Shown: positions 1 to 12,824, counted from the stretch's first letter. The stretch is DNA of 64,000 nucleotides from Candidatus Tectimicrobiota bacterium (GCA_016192455.1 JACPUC010000029.1:1-64000); one strand, 5' to 3'. Numbers and translations: made by a program. The notes: generated from the letters alone by a model not told the origin.

Positions 1-68
1 GCGCAGGTTCCGCCGGGACGTCCGGGTCGCCGCCGCGCCCTGCCCGCCGAGCTCACGCGAGCACCCGC

Positions 69-2640
<2,572 letters not shown>

Positions 2641-2736
2641 GGTCTAACCTGCACACAAAGTTCGTAGGAAAATATCTGCGCCCGTTCGACCGACGTGGAT
2701 TCGTGGGTCAGAGCACTCTCATCCGTCGAAGGAATT

Positions 2737-3075
2737 CTACGTACTCAGGTCTTTGAGAACCTTGTCGAGAACCTGATCTACTTTGAGGGATTTCTTCCTT
2801 ACATTTTCAAATATCTCTTTTAGTTCCCGTTGTATTACCTCGGGATCTTCTCGGCTATCTATAGAAGCGACAATTCTGCCCTCGTCATTTAAAAGAATTA
2901 GTGTATAAACATCGGGACCAACTGCCGTTTCTTCTCGCTGAATAATCAAAGAGTAATCTGGAAATGAAATCTGATAAGAATCAGACCTCCCCCCTATTTC
3001 CTCCCATCCGAGTTCACCTTTCAGCGTACGGTCATGGAGTTTCTTCATTATTTTAATTAATCTTGGATCGCTCAT
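2737..3075 (-). CDS. hypothetical protein (AT-rich insert in atp operon)
   Basis: Intact ORF with protein-like composition; ATG at 3075 lies 1 nt after the upstream gene's TAA; visibly lower GC than the flanks. Confidence 0.75.
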   Translation of the reverse strand: MSDPRLIKIMKKLHDRTLKGELGWEEIGGRSDSYQISFPDYSLIIQREETAVGPDVYTLILLNDEGRIVASIDSREDPEVIQRELKEIFENVRKKSLKVDQVLDKVLKDLST

Positions 3076-3076
3076 C

Positions 3077-3580
3077 TTAGGTTCCAATCCTCAACTGCAG
3101 TTCACCAATCACCTCATCAAGGATCGTCTGCACGGTAAATAATATCCCATTAAACCTTAGCGGATCATGCGGTTCTTGGTTCTTAGATATTGCTTCTGAT
3201 ACTTCCTGGTCAATTTTTGCTATAGCCGTGATTGCGCTTTGGATGTCTGTCCTCTGTTGGGTGCTCATACTTGGGTAAAGGCTACGGAGGTTGACCAACC
3301 CGTTCCTAATGTCTCCGTAACGCTCGTGCGCTCTTACCCAATCTTTGTTCAAATGGTGAAGCTTAACCGCGTCGATCAACCTCTTGGTATTGATAAAGTC
3401 CGCGATGCCAAGGTTCTTTTGTATCTCAGCCTGTGCTCCGCGCGCTGCTTTAGCCGCCTCTGTGGCCTCTTGTTTGGCGCGCCAGGCTTGGTAAATGGCC
3501 CAGCAGAAACCGACGACTGTCACGAGAAGTGCAAGAAGGCTGACCGCGTCTCTACTGGATGCACTTAGCCAGCCATCCAA
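3077..3580 (-). CDS. hypothetical membrane-anchored protein (AT-rich insert in atp operon)
   Basis: TTG start preceded by GGAG; N-terminal hydrophobic helix (LLALLVTVVGFCWAIY) followed by a predicted helical domain. Confidence 0.75.
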   Translation of the reverse strand: MDGWLSASSRDAVSLLALLVTVVGFCWAIYQAWRAKQEATEAAKAARGAQAEIQKNLGIADFINTKRLIDAVKLHHLNKDWVRAHERYGDIRNGLVNLRSLYPSMSTQQRTDIQSAITAIAKIDQEVSEAISKNQEPHDPLRFNGILFTVQTILDEVIGELQLRIGT

Positions 3581-3628
3581 CCCTCGTCTCCATTATAGTT
3601 TCTAATCTGAGCCTTCGCGTGTCAATGG

Positions 3629-5167
<1,539 letters not shown>

Positions 5168-5716
5168 TTAGCTCGCGCTCCTCACCAGCTCATCACGAAT
5201 GGCGCGCAGGTGGCCTCGCACGCTCCCATCCAGCACGATGCCGCCGATCTCCGTCAGCACCCCGCCCAGCATCCGCTCGTCGATCTCGGTCCGCAGGATG
5301 ACCGACTTGCCGGTCACCTCGGAGAGGCGGCGGCGCATCTCCTCGGCGCTTTTCTCCGCCAAGGGGTAGCGCGTCGTGACCTTGGCGTAGATGCGGTTGA
5401 GACGCTCGTTCACCAGTTGGTCGTAAAGGAAGACGATGGTTCCGAGGTAGCGCAGGCGGTTCTTTTCCAGCAGCAGGTCGAGGAACTGCCGCGCCAGCGG
5501 CGGCGGTTGCAGGCGGTCGAGCAGCTCGCGCTGGATGTTGCGCTTCACCACCATGGCGATGCTCGGGTTCAGGAGGATGGCCCGCAACTCGGAGCTGGCC
5601 TCCAGGAGCTCGTGGAAGGCGCGCAGGTAGCGCCCCACCGTCTCCAGCTCGTCTTCGCGCTGCAGGAGCTTCACCAGGGCCTTCGCGTAGCGGCGCGATA
5701 CCGTGATGCCGATCAC
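5168..5716 (-). CDS. atpH: F0F1 ATP synthase subunit delta
   Basis: SRRYAKAL N-terminus, C-terminal LGG...DGSV motif, abuts atpA. Confidence 0.95.
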   Translation of the reverse strand: MIGITVSRRYAKALVKLLQREDELETVGRYLRAFHELLEASSELRAILLNPSIAMVVKRNIQRELLDRLQPPPLARQFLDLLLEKNRLRYLGTIVFLYDQLVNERLNRIYAKVTTRYPLAEKSAEEMRRRLSEVTGKSVILRTEIDERMLGGVLTEIGGIVLDGSVRGHLRAIRDELVRSAS

Positions 5717-6600
5717 CAGGCTTCTCCAACGTGGCGCACGTACTCATCGACGAGGCGCTGCTGGTCCTCGGCGGTGAGGTGGCGCGCCAACTGCTCCGAG
5801 GCGTACTCCAGGGCCAGGGCGGCGGCTTCGCTGCGCAGGCTGTCAATGGCGCGCTGCCGTTCGATCTCAATGCCGCGCCGCGCCTGTTCAAGCAGGCGCC
5901 GCGCCAGGGCGTCGGCCTCCGCCTCCGCCTGCCGCCGCTGGGCCTCCGCCTGCCGCTGGGCCTCGGCGCGGATGCTCTGGATTTCCCCCTCCAGCGTCGC
6001 CAGCTTGGCCTCGTACTCCCGCTGTTTCGCCAAGGCTTGCTGCCGCGCCTCCTCGGCCTCGCGCAGCTTCGCCGCGATGGCCTCGGAACGACCCGCCAGG
6101 GCGCTGCGCAGCGGCTTGCGCAGGGCGATGACGAGCACCGCGACGAGGACGAGGAAGTTGATGAAGCGCATGATCTCCTTGCCGAAGCTGAAGTGGAGCG
6201 CTCCCTCGCCATGCGCTTCGCCGGCGGGCTCCTTCCCGGCCCCTTGCGTGGCCTGGGTCGGCGCGTCCTTCGGGCCGGTCTTCGGCGCCGCGCTCGCTCC
6301 ATGCTCTTGCGCGGCGGCAAGCGCGGGACCCGGGAGGAATCTCACGGGGAAGCCGGCGAGGGCCTCCACCATGGCGCGGCCGAGCCCGCCGCCGTGCGCC
6401 GCGCCGCCGCCCGCGAGGGGACCCTGCCGCAGCCCCACGAGGACCACGACGAGCAGCGCCGCTGCTGCCCAGAACCAGGCGGAGCCCCGGCGTGGTCGAG
6501 CTTCGCGGCGGCAACGCACGCCCTCGTCCGCCCGTGAACCGGCGAGGCGCGGCGCCCGCGGCTTGAGACCCCCGCTCCCGCCCGGCCGCAGCTCCTTCAT
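5713..6600 (-). CDS. atpF: F0F1 ATP synthase subunit b with long N-terminal extension (start uncertain)
   Basis: INFLVLVAVLVIALRKP TM helix followed by a coiled coil; overlaps both neighbours by 4 nt. Confidence 0.88.
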   Translation of the reverse strand: MKELRPGGSGGLKPRAPRLAGSRADEGVRCRREARPRRGSAWFWAAAALLVVVLVGLRQGPLAGGGAAHGGGLGRAMVEALAGFPVRFLPGPALAAAQEHGASAAPKTGPKDAPTQATQGAGKEPAGEAHGEGALHFSFGKEIMRFINFLVLVAVLVIALRKPLRSALAGRSEAIAAKLREAEEARQQALAKQREYEAKLATLEGEIQSIRAEAQRQAEAQRRQAEAEADALARRLLEQARRGIEIERQRAIDSLRSEAAALALEYASEQLARHLTAEDQQRLVDEYVRHVGEAW

Positions 6601-7025
6601 GCCAGCCTCCTGCCGAGGAACTTCTCGGCGATCGGCACGGAGAGCCGCTGCGCTTCCGCGCCGAGTTGCTGCTGCACGATCTCTTTCTCGGTGGCGATGC
6701 TGGCGCGCGCCTGGGTGAGCTGCGCGGCGGCCTGCTCGCGGGCCTGCTCGAGCCGCTGGCGCTGCATCTCCGTCGCGTCGCGCAGCGCCCCGCTGAGCAG
6801 CTCGCTGCCGTCGCGTCGCGCCGCCTGGAGCGTCTGCTGGTACTCCCGCGCCGCGGCATGCACCGACTGATCACGGCGCTCCGCCTCCTGGAGCTTGCCG
6901 TCGATCTCCGCGCGGCGGGCGCGAAGCCGCTGCAGGAGCGGTTTGAACAGGAGGAAGTAGAGGACGGCGATGATGAGCCAGAAGTTGATGAGCTGGTAAA
7001 AGAAGGTGCGATTAAGCTCGAGCAC
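6597..7025 (-). CDS. F0F1 ATP synthase subunit b'
   Basis: TFFYQLINF...LFKP TM helix, coiled coil, C-terminal IAEKFLGRRL. Confidence 0.9.
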   Translation of the reverse strand: MLELNRTFFYQLINFWLIIAVLYFLLFKPLLQRLRARRAEIDGKLQEAERRDQSVHAAAREYQQTLQAARRDGSELLSGALRDATEMQRQRLEQAREQAAAQLTQARASIATEKEIVQQQLGAEAQRLSVPIAEKFLGRRLA

Positions 7026-7262
7026 GGCGTCAGGTCCTCTGCACCGGAAACTGTCGCGTTCCTGATCGTGGCGGGGTCGAATTCTCAGGGCATTCCAGCC
7101 GCAGGCGCAACAAGCGCGGCGCTCGAGGCGCAGGCGCCGCGCATCATCCCAAACCCTCTTTTTCTACCATGCCGCGCCCTGGTTGTCAACCTCCGGCGAA
7201 GCGTCGGAGGAGGGGAGGCGTCCGCCTCTTGTCGCCCGCGGCCCCCCCGCCGCGCAGCCTCG

Positions 7263-7691
7263 TCAGGTCCGAGCGCCGCCTTCTCCGCCGGTTTCTTCGT
7301 CAATATCCAGGTGGCCGCCCGGCGCCGGTTCGAGGGGCGGCGGCGTATTGGTCATCTTGCAACTGCCTTCGAAGATGGCCCCTTCCTCGACGAAGAGCAC
7401 CGGTGTCATGATGTTGCCCAGGAGGCGGCTCTTGCCGCGGATCTCGATGCGGTCTTGGGCGGTGACGTTGCCGCTGATGTGGCCCTCGGTGATCAGGGTG
7501 CCCACCGAAATCTCGGCCTTGAGCTCGGCGCCGGGGCCCACCACCAGGGTATCTTGGGTCAGCACCTCTCCTTCAAGGTAGCCATCGATGCGCACCACGC
7601 CCTGGAAACTTAACACCCCCTTGAACTCGGTGCCGGCACCAAGGAATGCCTTCACATCATCTCGACGCGCGACATTCTCCCCCTTCGCCAT
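7263..7691 (-). CDS. bactofilin / polymer-forming cytoskeletal protein
   Basis: FLGAGTEFKG...VRIDG...EEGAIFEGSCKM beta-helix pattern. Confidence 0.92.
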   Translation of the reverse strand: MAKGENVARRDDVKAFLGAGTEFKGVLSFQGVVRIDGYLEGEVLTQDTLVVGPGAELKAEISVGTLITEGHISGNVTAQDRIEIRGKSRLLGNIMTPVLFVEEGAIFEGSCKMTNTPPPLEPAPGGHLDIDEETGGEGGART

Positions 7692-8399
7692 GATCGCCTC
7701 TCCTCCGCATGGTGCAGAAAGCGTTCACCACTGGAACCTGGGCATTCCCCTTGCACGCCGCCGGACGTTGCAGCCGCTCCACCGACGCGGCGCCGATGCG
7801 AGCCCGCCATCTCGACTTCCGCTGGCCGCCGCGGCCGGAGACGGGGCTGAGCGCCGCCGCGCGGCACGCTGATCCCTGCCTCCTCGAGCTGCACGCGGCG
7901 CGGTGCTCCGCTCAGCATGCATTCATACCATCATTCCAGGGAAAGAGCCAGTCATCCGCGCTCTGTTCGGAGAGCAAGGAGAGCCCCCTCGTTCCTCCCG
8001 CCGGGGTGTCGCGGGTGACGCCACGCTGAGCGCACCGGCGCGCCCGAAGAAACTTGATCCCCATCATTGATCCAGCACCCTTGGGCTGGCATTTAGGGCA
8101 GCATGGGGTATGATAGAAAGAGTTTCCGCGCTGTGAGCACGATGCGTCCAGGCGTGCCTCGCCCGGAGGCTGGGCGAAACGGCGCGAGCAGGCGGGCTGG
8201 TTCGCCGGGCCTGAGGGAGGGGCCGTCGGGCGGCGCCGCCGTGGCCCACATCGAGGGGCGCCCCTGCCGGCGTCATGCCAGGAAGGGACGCGACCGGCAG
8301 CCTGTCCCTTCGGTACGGCCTGGCGTTCTTGCCTCCGCAGGGGCCTGGAGCCGCGCACGTGACGGAGTTATCATGGCGGAGACCGGAAAGGGAGCCTCG

Positions 8400-8834
8400 A
8401 TGAATGACATTACGATCCGACCGCTGGTATGGCGTGATCTCGACGCGATTGTGAAGATCGATCAAAAGGTGACGGGCAAGCAGCGGGACGTCTTCTGGCA
8501 GAACAAGATCACCTCCTACTCCGGGCTGGACCCCGGCGCCTGCCTCGTGGCGGAGCTGGACGGCGAGGTCGTGGGGTTCATGTTCGGGGAGCGCAAGTAC
8601 TTCGAGTACGGCGCCCCGCAAAGCGGCTGGATCGAGATCATCGGCATTCGCCCCGACCTGCAGCACAAAGGCATCGGCAGGCTGCTGGCGGAGGCTCTGC
8701 TGGGGCATTTCCGCCGCTCCCACATCGGCGCCGTGCAAACGATGGTGAACCCGGAGGACAAGAACATCATGGCCTTCTTCGAGGCCATGGGTTTCGAGCG
8801 CGGCCCGCTGGTGAACATGCAGCGCAAGCTCTGA
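8400..8834 (+). CDS. GNAT family N-acetyltransferase
   Basis: IGIRPDLQHKGIGR acetyl-CoA motif A; GGGAG RBS before ATG 8400. Confidence 0.9.
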   Translation: MNDITIRPLVWRDLDAIVKIDQKVTGKQRDVFWQNKITSYSGLDPGACLVAELDGEVVGFMFGERKYFEYGAPQSGWIEIIGIRPDLQHKGIGRLLAEALLGHFRRSHIGAVQTMVNPEDKNIMAFFEAMGFERGPLVNMQRKL

Positions 8835-9047
8835 GGGACGCCGCGGAGACCGGCGCCGCCCGGGGGGGGCCGCGAGGAGGGCGACAGAGGCCGCGCCGCG
8901 GAGCTTGCCGCGACCGCCGAAAGGCGGTGGGCGCGGCGGCGGAGCCAGGTCGGCCACTCCCTTCGGAGCGTGTCGGCGAAAGCGGCCGGGCGACGGGATT
9001 GAGAACCAGGAGGCTGGCGGGAAATCTTCAAACGTGAGGAGAAATGA

Positions 9048-9878
9048 ATGTTCAGGGTGACCCTTGGCGTGCAGCTCAGTAGTTGGTCCGAGGAGCAGGG
9101 GGGCGGCATGCCTCCATTGCGCACACTTCTTCGGCAGGTGCAGGCTGGCGGGTTCAAGGCCTTCGAGGTGTACTACAACGATCTGCAGGCGTGGGGCCTG
9201 GGGGTCGCCGAGCTGAAAGAGATGCTCAGCGACGGCTGGATGACGATGAGCTCGGCGCGCTGCTTCGTCAGCATGTCGGACCCCACCTATCGCACCGCGG
9301 AGCTCGAGGAGCTGGGGCGGATGGCGCGCTTCCTCAACAAGATGGGCTGCGAGTTCCTGGTGCTGGCGGCCGGCCAGGAGCGCGGCGGCCAGGCGCTCGC
9401 CTACCTTGCCGAAACCCTCGACGAGGCGGGGGCCATCTGCCTGGCCGAGGGAGTGAAGCTCGCCTTTCACTCCAAGTACGGCTCAACCGTGCAGACCGCC
9501 GACGAGCTCGCCCGGCTGGTGGAGAGCACGCAGCCGCAGCACGTCTGGCTGGCGCCGGACACCGGCCAGTGGTTCCGGGGCGGGATCAACGTGGGAAAGG
9601 CGTTCGCGGACTACGCCTCGCGCATCGGCTACGTGCATGCCAGCGATGTCGACCCCCAGGGACGGCCGCGCCCCCTCGGCGCCGGCAAGGTGGATTTCCA
9701 CACCCTGCGCAACGTGCTGGATGAAACCAACTACACCGGCTGGGTGATCGCCGAGGACCGCTCCGAGGAGGTCAAGATGACCGGCGCGGCGGAATCGGCC
9801 CGCGGCAGCAGTCTTTTCCTGCAGCGCGTCCTGGCGGCGGCGGCGGATGGACGCTGCGTCGCCACCCTCAACTTCTGA
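9048..9878 (+). CDS. sugar phosphate isomerase/epimerase (xylose isomerase-like TIM barrel)
   Basis: LAFH, PDTGQ, YVHASD, PLGAGKVDF and GWVIAED motifs; AGGAG RBS. Confidence 0.85.
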   Translation: MFRVTLGVQLSSWSEEQGGGMPPLRTLLRQVQAGGFKAFEVYYNDLQAWGLGVAELKEMLSDGWMTMSSARCFVSMSDPTYRTAELEELGRMARFLNKMGCEFLVLAAGQERGGQALAYLAETLDEAGAICLAEGVKLAFHSKYGSTVQTADELARLVESTQPQHVWLAPDTGQWFRGGINVGKAFADYASRIGYVHASDVDPQGRPRPLGAGKVDFHTLRNVLDETNYTGWVIAEDRSEEVKMTGAAESARGSSLFLQRVLAAAADGRCVATLNF

Positions 9879-10001
9879 GACCAGTTCCGCAACCGGCGGA
9901 CGCCGCGGCGCGCCGGTAACCTCCCGACTTGACGGCGGGGCGGTAGAGTCGGCGCGCGGAGCGACCGCCCCCCTCGGTGATTTCCCTTTTGTCAATTATT
10001 C

Positions 10002-10030
10002 TTGACAATACGGCTCGAGTAGTTTAAATT
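10002..10030 (+). promoter_or_regulatory. sigma70-type promoter
   Basis: TTGACA (10002-10007), N17, TAAATT (10025-10030); the -35 is one arm of a TTGTCAA-N6-TTGACAA inverted repeat (9989-10008). Confidence 0.7.
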
Positions 10031-10035
10031 TTTAA

Positions 10036-10093
10036 GTGGAGGCTCGGCCTAGGGGCTGCTCTCGGGTGGCTCCAAAGGCGTTGCCTCCTTTTT
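10036..10093 (+). ncRNA. candidate structured small RNA, copy 1 (DUF3800-associated RNA-like)
   Basis: Begins about 6 nt after the -10 box; nested stems GGAGGC/GCCUCC, GCCU/AGGC and GGGGCUGCU/GGUGGCUCC with several G-U pairs; ends in U5. Confidence 0.6.
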
Positions 10094-10136
10094 CATGTTC
10101 TCACCTCGCCGTGTACGGATCCGGCACGAAGACGAT
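10037..10136. repeat. 100-bp direct repeat, copy 1
   Basis: Identical to 11927-12026 except C10043 versus T11933. Confidence 0.97.
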
Positions 10137-10235
10137 GCCGTGAGCAACAGATGCACGAGTCCGACGCTGAGTTTCGCATCGAAGGGGAGGGTTCCCCGCA
10201 GGAGGAGCCCCCTTCGCCTTAAGCTTGCTTCAGCG

Positions 10236-10315
10236 GGAACCCCGCCGGCTTCAGCCGGAATCGCCGACTTTAGTCGTACCCCGAAGCCACCGCCTTCAGG
10301 CGGTGGAGTATTCAC
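10236..10315 (+). mobile_element. IS200/IS605-type end hairpins (non-autonomous remnant)
   Basis: Three hairpins CCGGCT-TC-AGCCGG, CGACT-TT-AGTCG and CCACCGCC-TTCA-GGCGGTGG followed by AGTATTCAC, a typical IS605 right-end pattern; no tnpA or tnpB ORF. Confidence 0.65.
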
Positions 10316-10357
10316 TATAGGAACAGATATTTCTGATAAATAAGCGAACGATTCTGC

Positions 10358-11884
10358 TTAATTGCTTAAGAAAGAGTACAGCTTCTCAACGATCGCTGTC
10401 CAATTTACCTTCACTCCAAGCGAAGTGTAAGCCATCAGCAATGTCAGAATAACTACAATCCATGTGAGACAACCTAGCTTCTTCTGAAGTTTTATGTTTT
10501 GATATGCACTTAGACCTGTCCCTTGTTGAATCAATAGGTCTCTTATGGAGCGATCAGCAATTTGAAGCCTCTTTACACGCTTTTCAACTTCTTGCCGAAG
10601 ACTTTCAGCTAATGTAATTTCCGGATCGTTATAGAATTTTTTGTTTGATGGTTTAAAGGTGCTCATCTCTAACCTGAACTGTGATTCTCTCTTGGTATAC
10701 TCGTGTAGCTCAGTTGCAATTATTTCTATATTGGCGCTCTCTGAAACTAGAATCCCAATCTCTTCAAGCAACCTAAGGGGACTTCTCGTATAGCTGCCCC
10801 TAGGTAAGGTTGAATCGCGAAGGCTGTTTAGTCGTCTTTCGAATCCTGTCAGTAAAGCCAACAGCGCCCAGTGGTTAAGTAAGCTCATTAAATTGGAATT
10901 CAGAAAAGAGACATAAGCTGTTCTATTGTGACCCCTGAAGGCGGTTAGGTCTGTAATGGCGTGAAAGTCCCCTTTATTCACCGCCAAGATTGCATGATGC
11001 CGCTGTTCCTCCCTAAGGACAGGCCAAGCAAACTTAAGACCAGGGATGTCCTCGGAAATCCATGCAGCTAAATCGTGGTGCATATTAAGAAGTGACAAAT
11101 ACTCTTCACGGTTGTGTTCACGAGCTCCGATGGTTGGAAATGGAAGGGCCTTCTTGAACATAACAAACTCACAAGTTGGGAACTCACCTCCAAGTATATT
11201 GGCGGAAAACAGTCCAGCTATGTTCTCACGAAACCAATTCCCCACAGCGGACCTTGCATGGTTACGGAGAGAACGAATCTCTTCGTGTTTTTGCAAACGA
11301 GGTTCGTAGATACGATAGCCGCGTTTAATGCGCTGGATATATGTTTTGTAATCTTGTCTAATAAATCGATCAAAACATGAAGAATATGTGTCATTAAAGA
11401 CAAGGGATACTATTACAGACGTGAGAGCTGATGTAATATTGTAAATTGCACCAAACGCATATTCAACGTGCTCAGGAAGTGGTGCAGTGCGGCAACGGGA
11501 GGGGAAACGTGTATCGCCAGGCCGTACGATTGGACCTAACTCTAGGCATCCACCAGGAACCGAAGTCTCGCGCCAACGCTGGACCTCTGAAATGGGATTT
11601 GGAAGGCCATAGACATCTTCGCGATCCCAGCCCAAGGAGGCGAGCGATGAGAGGAATTTGTCAACATGTGACGGTGTATAAAATTCGACCGCCCATAGGC
11701 AATGCAGCTCGATCTGCTCATCGTCTGGCGGTTTAGTCTGCGCATTATCTTTCTCATCTCTGCTTTGGCACCATTGCAACATACGTGAGTAGTCGGGACC
11801 TGGAAACAGAGATGGAAATTTCCTGTACCCATATTCTCGAAGCCGATAAGTTAGTTTCCTGCGATTCACTTTAGTCATTGGCAT
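10358..11884 (-). CDS. hypothetical protein with C-terminal transmembrane helix (AT-rich, horizontally acquired)
   Basis: Intact 508-aa ORF in an AT-rich segment; C-terminal coiled coil, then LTWIVVILTLLMAYTSLGV. Confidence 0.85.
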   Translation of the reverse strand: MPMTKVNRRKLTYRLREYGYRKFPSLFPGPDYSRMLQWCQSRDEKDNAQTKPPDDEQIELHCLWAVEFYTPSHVDKFLSSLASLGWDREDVYGLPNPISEVQRWRETSVPGGCLELGPIVRPGDTRFPSRCRTAPLPEHVEYAFGAIYNITSALTSVIVSLVFNDTYSSCFDRFIRQDYKTYIQRIKRGYRIYEPRLQKHEEIRSLRNHARSAVGNWFRENIAGLFSANILGGEFPTCEFVMFKKALPFPTIGAREHNREEYLSLLNMHHDLAAWISEDIPGLKFAWPVLREEQRHHAILAVNKGDFHAITDLTAFRGHNRTAYVSFLNSNLMSLLNHWALLALLTGFERRLNSLRDSTLPRGSYTRSPLRLLEEIGILVSESANIEIIATELHEYTKRESQFRLEMSTFKPSNKKFYNDPEITLAESLRQEVEKRVKRLQIADRSIRDLLIQQGTGLSAYQNIKLQKKLGCLTWIVVILTLLMAYTSLGVKVNWTAIVEKLYSFLSN

Positions 11885-11925
11885 TGCTTCACATTAATAG
11901 TAATGCTTTGGGTCTACTTTATTCA

Positions 11926-11983
11926 ATGGAGGTTCGGCCTAGGGGCTGCTCTCGGGTGGCTCCAAAGGCGTTGCCTCCTTTTT
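11926..11983 (+). ncRNA. candidate structured small RNA, copy 2
   Basis: Same sequence as copy 1; the single change converts a C-G pair to U-G; TACTTT (-10-like, 11915-11920) lies at the same spacing. Confidence 0.5.
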
Positions 11984-12026
11984 CATGTTCTCACCTCGCC
12001 GTGTACGGATCCGGCACGAAGACGAT
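11927..12026. repeat. 100-bp direct repeat, copy 2
   Basis: 99/100 identical to 10037-10136. Confidence 0.97.
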
Positions 12027-12116
12027 CCTGTCCTTTAACGCGATCCCACCCCGCACCTCGTAAGGCGTCACCCGGTGGTCGTGCCCGCTCTCGTCGAGAA
12101 ACAGTAACCAGCTCAT
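11991..12116 (-). pseudogene. internally deleted DUF3800-like gene (41 aa)
   Basis: Hand translation MSWLLFLDESGHDHRVTPYEVRGGIALKDRIVFVPDPYTAR*; the LFLDESG start resembles DUF3800 proteins; GGAG RBS upstream. Confidence 0.65.
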
Positions 12117-12259
12117 CTCAACACGTCTCCCCGTTGCGTCTGCCGGGGCGCAACGGCGAGGCGGGCGCGCTTGGTTGGCGCCGGCCGAGGTGGTCTGCCG
12201 GCGCGCCGCCCGTCAAGCGAGGATCGCGGCAGCGCCCGTGGGCGTCTTCCGCCTCCGTT

Positions 12260-12604
12260 TTAGTCCACGTAGCCCCATTTCTCCTTGTTCGCCTTCACCT
12301 CTTCCGCCGTGGGGCGGGGTTTATCGGGCTTCTCCGGCACCGTGCGCTCCGCGCCGACAATCTGCTTGTTCAGCTCGATGTCCTCCTTGAACACCTTCGG
12401 GACGGCTTCCTCCTCGAAGATGGCTTCCCAGGGACACTCCGGCTCGCAGACGCCGCAATCAATGCACTCCTCGGGATCAATGAAGAGCTGGTTCGGCAGG
12501 GCGTCGTCTCCCCCGGTGTACTCGTAGATGCAATCCACCGGACAGACTTCCACACATGCCATATCAAGGCAGTCACGACAGAGTCTCGTAATCACCCACG
12601 GCAT
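12260..12604 (-). CDS. ferredoxin (dicluster Fe-S)
   Basis: [17 protein letters not shown] and [12 protein letters not shown] motifs; AAGGAGG RBS before ATG 12604. Confidence 0.95.
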   Translation of the reverse strand: MPWVITRLCRDCLDMACVEVCPVDCIYEYTGGDDALPNQLFIDPEECIDCGVCEPECPWEAIFEEEAVPKVFKEDIELNKQIVGAERTVPEKPDKPRPTAEEVKANKEKWGYVD

Positions 12605-12824
12605 AGCGCTCCCTCCTTTGACGCGCGCGGCGCGCAACCCTCCCCCCACGCGGCTCCTGCTCCAAACCTAGGCAGAGACGCGGGCCATTGCAAGGCGCGC
12701 GCGGCGGCGCTGGGCAGGAGAACGCCGGGCGCCGCGGCGCCAGCCATTGACAATCCTGCCGCGGGCTTGCGAAGCTGAAGACTTCGTGGCGGATCACGGC
12801 TCCCCTTTCTTCTCTCTCCCTTGG

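Noticed and set aside
10049-10343. 88-aa and 82-aa ORFs over repeat copy 1 and the IS-like hairpins
   Set aside because: They are translations of hairpin and repeat DNA, with no TnpA or TnpB motifs.
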